A program made the translations under genes and the position numbers. A stretch of 63,239 nt of DNA, the filler included, from an uncultured Chlamydiae bacterium (GTDB lineage Bacteria > Chlamydiota > Chlamydiia > Chlamydiales > SM23-39): assembly GCA_937899275.1 (NCBI GenBank). It is 13 parts of 13 records of this genome, joined end to end, with 100 filler letters (N's around TTAATTAATTAA, not from the genome) between each part and the next. Parts side by side here need not be neighbours in the genome. Positions count along the whole stretch, not along the records: positions 1 to 11,489 come from CALBPE010000066.1; 12 more parts are not named here. The stretch is one strand, 5' to 3'. Below are positions 1 to 8,900 of this stretch, in pieces. The notes beneath the pieces were generated by a model. The model was not told the DNA's origin, ran no database searches, and saw only the letters and a program-made list of their open reading frames with translations. How positions within the stretch are numbered: the stretch's first letter is position 1; every line of letters begins with the position of its first letter.

Positions 1-368
<368 letters not shown>

Positions 369-474
369 CTTTTTTCATTATGAGTCAACTCGTTTGACTC
401 CTAATGAAAAGTAGCTGAAAGAGCACCGATTTATAGTAATAAGATGATCTTGAATCATTTCTAAATGTTTTTTA

Positions 475-586
475 TTGGTGACCATAGATAAGGAGATACA
501 CCTGATCCCATCCCGAACTCAGAAGTTAAGCCCTTAATCGCCGATGGTACTATACACAAGAGTATGGGAGAGTAGGACGTCGCCAT
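475..586 (+). rRNA. rrf: 5S rRNA
   Basis: TGGTGAC...CACCTGATCCCATCCCGAACTCAGAAGTTAAG...GCCGATGGTACT...GGGAGAGTAGGACGTCGCCA, downstream of 23S. Confidence 0.96.
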
Positions 587-596
587 TTTTTCTTTC

Positions 597-632
597 GAGA
601 GCTTAAACTTAGTTTAAGCTCTCTTTTTTTTT
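597..632 (+). terminator. Rho-independent terminator of the rRNA operon
   Basis: 12-bp stem GAGAGCTTAAAC/GTTTAAGCTCTC followed by a T9 run. Confidence 0.9.
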
Positions 633-755
633 GCCTTATTCCAAAACAGATTTTTTATTCCTTATAAATGGCACTTGCTACGTTCTTTATCCTTGATCTT
701 TTCGAAAGGATCTTCATAAAATCTGGGATAAAAAGACATTGCAACTACCTACTTT

Positions 756-1568
756 ATGAACGCACTTTCCTTATCTCTAAAGCATCATCCACCTTCTGAT
801 TGTAAAAATGCATCTAAACCTCCTATGAAAGGATTTGCGAAAGCGGTAGGGATCTTAGACATATTTTTAGCGAAAACTATTTGTCAATATGTAGATTCTT
901 TCGAAGATGTCGCAGCGTTTTCCAAAGTGTTTTATCCGAGAAAAACCAAAAAAACCATCTGCGATATTCTTTTTTTAGTAGGGAAAATCCATTATCTAAA
1001 ACGAACGAGTCCTGTTTCTAATAAGCTCATCAGTCACTCGGTTGTACTTCCTATTCTTCAAAAACTTGCATCTCGTTTATCACCTGAAGAAACCTCTTGT
1101 TTTTATCCTATAGAAAGTTGGCTCTTCTCGATTGCAAAAACGCCTGATTTTCTCAATGCAAAAACCCTACGAGAGCTCTTTCAAAAATTACTACTTCAAG
1201 AAACTTCACAAGAATATGGTGAGGAAAAAGTATCGGACAAGTTACTAGCTATTTTCCAAAATACAAGAGATATGCGCATCTCAAGTCCTTGGGGAGAAAA
1301 GTCGAGGTATCTTCAGCAGCTATATGATTACAAAAATATGGAAAACACCTACACCGCTGCAGATGAAAAACTGCAAGATCTAGACTTATCTAATAGGGAA
1401 GAGTATGATTCTTTGCCTGCATTATTAACAGCTATGAACACGGTCAAAACGGTAGCTGTAATCTATATTAATCGCCTATCTGAGTTTTCTTCTATTCCAG
1501 CTAAACGTTGGCTTTTTTTAAAAGCGCGTGCAGAGTTTTGGATGCAAGAAATGCCGAATCATCCATAA
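756..1568 (+). CDS. Hypothetical protein (270 aa), possible effector
   Basis: Long ORF in AT-rich surroundings; no confidently recognised family. Confidence 0.6.
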   Translation: MNALSLSLKHHPPSDCKNASKPPMKGFAKAVGILDIFLAKTICQYVDSFEDVAAFSKVFYPRKTKKTICDILFLVGKIHYLKRTSPVSNKLISHSVVLPILQKLASRLSPEETSCFYPIESWLFSIAKTPDFLNAKTLRELFQKLLLQETSQEYGEEKVSDKLLAIFQNTRDMRISSPWGEKSRYLQQLYDYKNMENTYTAADEKLQDLDLSNREEYDSLPALLTAMNTVKTVAVIYINRLSEFSSIPAKRWLFLKARAEFWMQEMPNHP

Positions 1569-1596
1569 GCTACGATTTGTCGTTTGTATTTTTTTC

Positions 1597-1791
1597 CTAT
1601 AAAAAATGAAGGTACAGGGCGGTATAAAAAATACGAAGCGCAATCGTTAAAATAAATAGGCTAAATATATTTTTTAAAGAAAAAATAGCGGTAGACCTTT
1701 TCCATTGCAATAGTTGCAATCCTACAGAAAGTAAAATAGTAGACAAGATGAGTTTAAATAGTAAGGTAGCGATGTTATGCCAATAGATCAT
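1597..1791 (-). CDS. Small two-TM membrane protein (64 aa)
   Basis: Two hydrophobic segments; AGGA upstream; resembles the ORF at 2507-2707. Confidence 0.55.
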   Translation of the reverse strand: MIYWHNIATLLFKLILSTILLSVGLQLLQWKRSTAIFSLKNIFSLFILTIALRIFYTALYLHFL

Positions 1792-2061
1792 GAATATATC
1801 CTAAGAGTTTTGATGAATAATTTTGGGAAGAAGTTTGGATTTATTGAAATATGTTCCATAGGTTAGAAAATACCTTATTAATCTTCCCAGAAATTGAAAC
1901 CATGCTCAGATGGTTTCATGGTAAGTAGCTGCCAGAAAGATTTGAAATTCTCTCAAGCAGCTACTGATTTAGTTAATAAAAGATAGAGAGCTCTAGAGCG
2001 CATATCTATAAATCTTACAGATGATTACCCCTCAAAGCTAACCCATCTATTTTCCATATAC

Positions 2062-2313
2062 TTAGTTGCCTACAGCAATACAAAATATATAGCAAATTCC
2101 TAAACTCCATACATCATCACTGAATTTTTTTGTGCACTCCTCAAAACACTCTTCTTTAGTAAAAGCTTTTGATGTGTGCAAGTTTGAGGCGGCAAATAGT
2201 GCTATTGCGAAAAATGCAATTTGTTTTGCTTTTTCGATGATTTTTTTTGGCGACGAAACTGTAACAGGTGGAATATTGTTAACATTGCGCTGAGTGGGAA
2301 AAGATACTTTCAT
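2062..2313 (-). CDS. Small Cys-rich peptide precursor (83 aa; hydrophobic segment followed by CX3C...CX3C)
   Basis: GGAGG RBS before the ATG at 2313; IAFFAIALFAASNLHTSKA, then CFEEC...CYIFC. Confidence 0.65.
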   Translation of the reverse strand: MKVSFPTQRNVNNIPPVTVSSPKKIIEKAKQIAFFAIALFAASNLHTSKAFTKEECFEECTKKFSDDVWSLGICYIFCIAVGN

Positions 2314-2506
2314 TACAACCTCCGTAAAAAAATTCCAGCGCACAGTAATTTTACTCAAAGTAAATGTAAAGGTTTTTGATGTAAAATGTCGAAATAAGTA
2401 GGTAGTTGAGAAGCTCTTTCCATAAAGTGAAATTATTGCGCATCCACTCTTGTAAATTTATCAATCTACTGGGAAAAGTATTTTTTCTATTCAAGCAATA
2501 TGCTGT

Positions 2507-2707
2507 TTAGCAGCAGATAGCTGCTTGAGCGCAATGTATTCCCAACAAAATGAAGAAAAGGCCAACAATTCGTTTAGAAGAAAGAAAGTTTTGTTTTTGG
2601 TGAATAGCAAAAAAATGTAGGCCCAAACAAAGAAAAATAGCACCCGCAGCGGCTTGAAGAAAGAACGTCCAAAGCATGAGCGGTAAATTTGTGATGAAAT
2701 AGATCAT
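2507..2707 (-). CDS. Small two-TM membrane protein (66 aa)
   Basis: GGGGA RBS; two hydrophobic helices; MIY start and layout like 1597-1791. Confidence 0.55.
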   Translation of the reverse strand: MIYFITNLPLMLWTFFLQAAAGAIFLCLGLHFFAIHQKQNFLSSKRIVGLFFILLGIHCAQAAICC

Positions 2708-2969
2708 AAATCCCCATGTTTTTTTCTTAACTTACCAGACCAATCAGAATCTATCCACTACTTGCCGCTTCTGGTCGATAGCTATCAGGCTTTTCCTCTA
2801 TTTTTTTAGCTTTTTTTCAATATATCTATTTTTTATCAATTTTTGTTCGGTAAGAAAATAGGGTTTATGTATGATCCGCGCTCAAAAATTTTTACTAAAA
2901 TTGCGCCTCTATAAGGCTTGATGAAAGCAGGCTACTTTAGCAGTTTTGGTAGGGTAAGAGCGGTTTTTT

Positions 2970-5900
2970 ATGAAGAAAGTTTATTTCGCAATGCTGCTAA
3001 TATTTACCTGCAGTTTGTATGCGCTGCATGAGCCAGAGTGTCATGATATTCGAAAGGATATGCTTAAAGAATGGAGTCAGCATAACAAGTGGATCGAGCA
3101 GTTTCAAGAAATTGGAGTAGGGGAAAAAGGGTTGGAGTATCTCCGAGAAGCGCTTGCTTGTTGTGAAAAAGCCTTTGAACATGTGGATAGGATACTGCGA
3201 GATATTGCAGGCAAGTCAAGAAGGAGGAAGAGGTGTAACTGGCGCATCGAGATGAAGAAGTCTTGTGAAAAAGACCAGGCAAATATCCAGAAAGAAATAG
3301 CTCTTATACAAGATTTTATCAATCAAGTGCTTATTTCGTTAGCGGTTACAAAAGCGCAGCCTATCTATCAGCAAGGCATGGAGGTCTCTAAAGAGGCGAA
3401 AATTCGGGAAAGACAAATGCCTCCAAGGACTCTTGCCAATACAGAGGAAATAGTACAAGAGCTTGAAGAAATTGTAGGACTATACCGCAAGGCAGAGTCT
3501 TTAGTGCAAGAAGCTTATATGGTTTTATCATCTTGTCCAGAAATGACAAGCGAGAATACAACAATTGTAAATACAGCGCTCAATAACTTGGCAGAATTAG
3601 CCTCTTCTGCGCAAAAAGATCGAGAAAGTTGGCCTCAAAAAGTCGTAGAAAAAAAACGATCCATGGAAAACCGTGTGGATGACTTGCTAAAAGATGCCGC
3701 TCTTTTTGCAGAAAAAAAACTGATGAGAAGCGCTTATCATCTTGAAAAGCAAGCTCTTTTAATTCTCAATACGTTGATAGAAAATAGCTCTGATGAAAAA
3801 CAAGAAGCGTTTGAAAAAACCCGTGAAAAGTTGCAGGCATCCATACAACTTTTTGAAGAAAAAGCAGATCGAAATCGCCTGACAAAAACACTCGACACCT
3901 CTTCTTTTCAAGAATTCCAAGAGCAGGAAAAACAAAGAAGAGCCGCGTTTTTTTCCAGCGCTTTGAGCGCTAATCCCCCAGCTATTCAAGAAGCTGATTT
4001 TACACGAAAAAGCGTAGCTCTCGTTACACCTTTAGATGGGCAGATTGCTATGTCTTTGGGCAAGTATTCTTTATATCTTACTCAGTTTTATAGGTTTTAT
4101 ATCCAAAGCGATCAGCCTATTACCAAGCTGCGGGTCAAAGTATATGAACAAGACATCTGGATCGATGAAGAAGTACTATCTATTCCTTTGCGGGATACCC
4201 CATCTTGGCAATCCTATCTTCTGTCAGATAATGGGATGCACATCCCAAAAACGCGGTTGGAAAAAAAATATGGCCTTTCTTTAAGAATCTATTTCACCTC
4301 TGATCCTAAACACAAAGGATCTTTTGTTCTTTCACAGCAAGGGAAAAACCCCAGGTATCATTTTTCTTTTTCCACTGAAGAGGGCGCAAACCTCTACGAC
4401 TGTACATTTTCTCAGCCGCCTCCATGGCAGCTGAGAGCCCTTTGTAAGCCTGCTCAGTTGATTGCGCCTCATCGGCTAGATCAAAACCGTTATGCTCTCA
4501 AATCGAATGCTTTTTCCCTCAATACAAAAGAGGTAGATTCTCATTTTTCGCTATTAGACGATTTTGTAAAAAAACATAAAAATGATCCTCTAGCTCTTGC
4601 GTCCTATGTGCAAAATGAAATCGCTTTTGTCCACGCCTATTGCTACAAAGAAAAAGGGGTATTTCAAGCACCTGGAATTCAGAGAAATCCTTTAAGAGTA
4701 TTTTTAGAAGGTAAGGGCTCTCCTTGGGAACAGTGCCAGCTTTTGGTTTATCTACTTCGTCAGGCAGGCTATGAAGCCCTTTATGCTAAGGGAAAACCCT
4801 ACTCCTTGTCTAAAGACACGTTAGAAAACCTTTTGATCACCCAACTGCCAAAAGGAAAAAGAGCAGGGCTGGTCAATTACCCTTGGGTGGTTTTCTTCGA
4901 TGGGGAAAAATGGGTGTCTCTATTCCCTTGGATGCAAGAAGTACGGAAAATAGAGGGGTTTACTGTATATCACTATCTACCTGAAGAATTTGCCAGCGCA
5001 GATCGGTGGATTCTACAGTATTTGCAGGCAGATGAAAGGATTTTAAAACATACCGGTCCCGATGGCGATGATAGCGCGGGGAGATTATTTGCCGCCTTTG
5101 TGAAAGAACATCTACGCCGCCAGGGTTTGTCTTTAGACGATGTAGGCATGCGCTGCATGCAAATCAAGCGGCAGTTTGCCTCATTGCAAGACTTTCCATC
5201 TCCAAAAATCGAAGGAGAATTTCAGGTGTTTGATCTGCATAAAGATATGCCGCTTTTTGCAAAAGCGAAGATGACTATTTCACCTAGAAATCATCCAGAA
5301 AATGCTCTGGAAACTATTCTTCCTCTCACTGCAATTACAGATAAAAGTATCCCGCTGCATTTTGAAGAAAATCAATTATATGTGCATTTCCTAGGAGAAG
5401 AAAATCCACGGATATTACAGCTTACAGAAGCAGATACTTTGGTGGATATTCAGTTAGTTATTGAGATGCCGTTAGGCGATCAGTGTTTTCAAACTGCGCG
5501 CTCCGTATCATTGGAAAAAGGCGCCGAGGCAGCCCTTTGTTTTCACTTTGGAGGAGACGCCCACAAGCTTACAAAAATAGCATTCGATCGTTTTAACAAG
5601 GAAAAAAACCAGCAAAAAAAAATTCAGAACCTACTTTCCTTTGTTGGCGCTGCTTACTTTGCTCGGTGCGGCTCTGCACAAAATATGCTAGCAGAGCTGC
5701 ATAAAGTACACCCCTTAGGGTATTTCGCTTTTGGCCTGGCAAAATTTGCTCCTGGTAGAAAAGATCATTTCGATCAGAAATTTCCACAGGTCGATATGAT
5801 TTTTTTAGGAAGACCTTCTGTAGATACAGCGCCTATTTCTTTTTTGCATGATGATATGTATCCTACACTGCGCCAGTTTGATGCGCTTGTTATCGTAGAT

Positions 5901-8900
5901 GTTTCCTCAAACGAACACCAGATTTTACGCGACATTTTCTCCGATGAAGGCGCAATTTCCACTGTGAGGTTATTGCAACTGGCGCACCAAAATGCGCAAA
6001 AGATGGGAGATGGCACTAAAGGATTTATCGCCTTGAGCGCAGAAATCCTTAAAGAAATAGAAAACGATCCAGAAAGCGCTTACGCGCAGCATTTTTCTCA
6101 TCTTCCTAAAATCCACCTTTCTGATCTACAAAATGCCTCCCAATGGAATATGGCAAAGTATCTTCTGCAAAAAGAAGATTTTTTCCATAACTTTGCTTAT
6201 ATCTACATGACTCCAGGTAAAGTGAAGAGTTTAGACGGCACGTACCAAGAGATGGGAACGTTGATTTTTCATCCTTCCAGTAGCGCTGCTTTAATTTCTT
6301 TCGGTTCTTTACATCTGCACGGAGGGCTGGGAACGCCCTTGCCGCCGCGATATTTTGATCCCAATATCATTCCGCATTGGTATCTTTCTCCTACAAATCA
6401 TAATTATTTGCATAGCTACCGTTTGCAGGTTCCTGTTGTCGAGCCGCTTTCTTCTCCAAAGGTAACCTCTAAACCTAAATGGAAACCCGATGTCCGCTCC
6501 GATTATAAATCTTCATGGAATGAAGTAGCCGACCCTGTAGATGTGGTCTCAGGTAGCTTCTACATCGATGAAGTTGATCTGATTTTACCCGGCCCTTTTC
6601 CTTTAGAAATTCGGCGTAATTACAATAGCCAAAATCCCATACAAGAGCAGTTAGGTGTCGGATGGAAGCTCAGCTTGAACCCTTCTTTAGTACAGCAAGG
6701 AGATGAGCTCTATGCGGCAGAAGCCGATGGAACAATTATTTGCTATAGTTACAATCCATCGGCTTCTAGGTGGGAGGTATTTGCTGAGCATAATCCCTCG
6801 CTTTCTAACTACAATCAAAAAGGTATTGGTTCTACAGCCAATCCCTTTCACTCGTATATTCAGGACAACATTTTATATGGAGCAGATGGCTCGAAGCGTT
6901 TTTTTGAAAATGGCTATCTTCGCAAATGGGTCAACGCCCAAGGAGCGCACCTTACGTTCCACTATGCGGAAGGTCTTTTAATACGCATAGAAAGCTCTTA
7001 CGGAGAATTTTTCGGTTTAGAATATAACGAAACAAGAAAAGTAGCAGAAATCTACGCAAGAGATGGGAGAAGGGTTTCTTACAGGTATAACACGCAAGGA
7101 GACCTAGTCAAAGTCACGTTTCCCAATACAAAAACTACTCTCTATGAATACGATTCAGAACACCGTCTTTTTAGAGAAAGCAATGCTTTAGGCGCTGTAA
7201 TAGAAAATATCTTCGATGAAGAGGGAAGGGTGATTGAGCAGCGCTCTCCTATGGGACCCTACCAAGAGATGGTCGTTACGGCGCGATTTATATACAGCGA
7301 TCAAGAAACAGTAGTCATAGATGCTGCTGGAGGTAAAACCACCTATAAAATTTTCGATAAGCAAATCTATCAAATCATCGATCCTTTGGGAGTAAAAACC
7401 CTGCAATCGTGGTTTATCGATGCAAACTCTTGGTTCGATGCAGAAAAAGAAGAGGTATGTCCTTGGCCCTATCCAGGGGGAGCTGTACGCTCGTTAAAGT
7501 CGACAACAGATAAAAGAGGGCTTACTACAAGTTACCTCTACGATCAACAAGGTAATCCTGTAGAAATCACACTTGCAGGCGCAGATCTTACTGGAGATGG
7601 CAGAAAGACTCTGAAGAAAAACCTGCGTTTCAATGAGCGAAATCTTTGCATCGAAGAAGAGACAGAGGGGCAAAAAATCACCACCACGTATGATCTAGAT
7701 TTCCCCTACCTACCAAAAAAAATAGAAACGTATAGAAACGGCTATCTCATCTCTTATACTGCTTTGCGCTACAACGCCTTGGGTCAATTAATCGAAGAAG
7801 ATCAAAACGGCGCTATTACCTACTTAACATACAATACAAGGGGTTTTCCTGACGAAAAAACGCAATGTACAGGAACAGAAGATCCCCCTGTAGTTACGAA
7901 ATATACGTATAGCGCGCAAGGTCAATGCGTCGAAAAAATCAAAGAGGATCTCATCGAGAAAAACGCCTACGATATCATGGGAAACATCGTAGAGTCGCTC
8001 TGTTTTTCTCCAGAAGGGAAGCTTCTTTCTGCAAATTATATGGGCTATAACCTCAATAACCAGCTCATTTGGCAGCAAGGAGCAAATCCAGAAAATATCA
8101 CCTATTTCGATTACCATACATCGGGAAAAATCAAAGCAAAAAGGCAGCACTTACCGACACAAAATCGAGTCGCTTGCACCCTTTTTTCTTACGATGTAAT
8201 GGGCTATCTTACTGAAGAAATTGACGCTTTAGGCTGCACCACGTACCGCACTTATGATGCTTTAGGTAATATCGTTTCTCAAACTAAAGAAGGTCATACA
8301 ACAAAATATTGCTATGAAGCAGGTGGTTTATTAAAAACAATGCAGTCTCCTTCAGGAGCAAAAACCACTAAATACTACACCACAAATGGACTGGTAAAAA
8401 ATCAGCTTTATCCCGATTGCGCATCTGCATCGATTACCTACGATGTATTTTGCCTTCCTATTGTAGAAACCAAGCACGGCGTTACATGGACAATTTCTTA
8501 TGACGATGCGCTTAAAGAAGTATCTAAAACGCATGTAGCTACAGGAGAAATAGAGCGCCGGCGCTACGATGCAAGAGGCAACCTCATTGCATTTACCGAC
8601 TGCGTAGGTGCTGTATGGACAAAAACATACGACCAACTCAACCGTATTAAAACAGAAGTCACTCCTACAGGAGAAAAAACGACCTATTCTTATGCGGCAA
8701 ACGTCGTGGTCTGCTCCCGTCCAAATGGCGAGCTAATCAAGACACTATATGAAGCTGGCAAGGTTAAAAAGAGCGCTATTTATGACGCAGAAAATCATCT
8801 GATAGAGTCTAGCTCCTACAGCTATGATCCTATAACTGATCAGGAAAAAACGGTATCAGGTGATAGAGTGACTCTCACTTGGTTAAATGCTTTCGGTAAG

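Noticed and set aside
669..678. Sigma54 promoter (TGGCACTTGC)
   Set aside because: Lacks the required spacing between the -24 GG and -12 GC elements.
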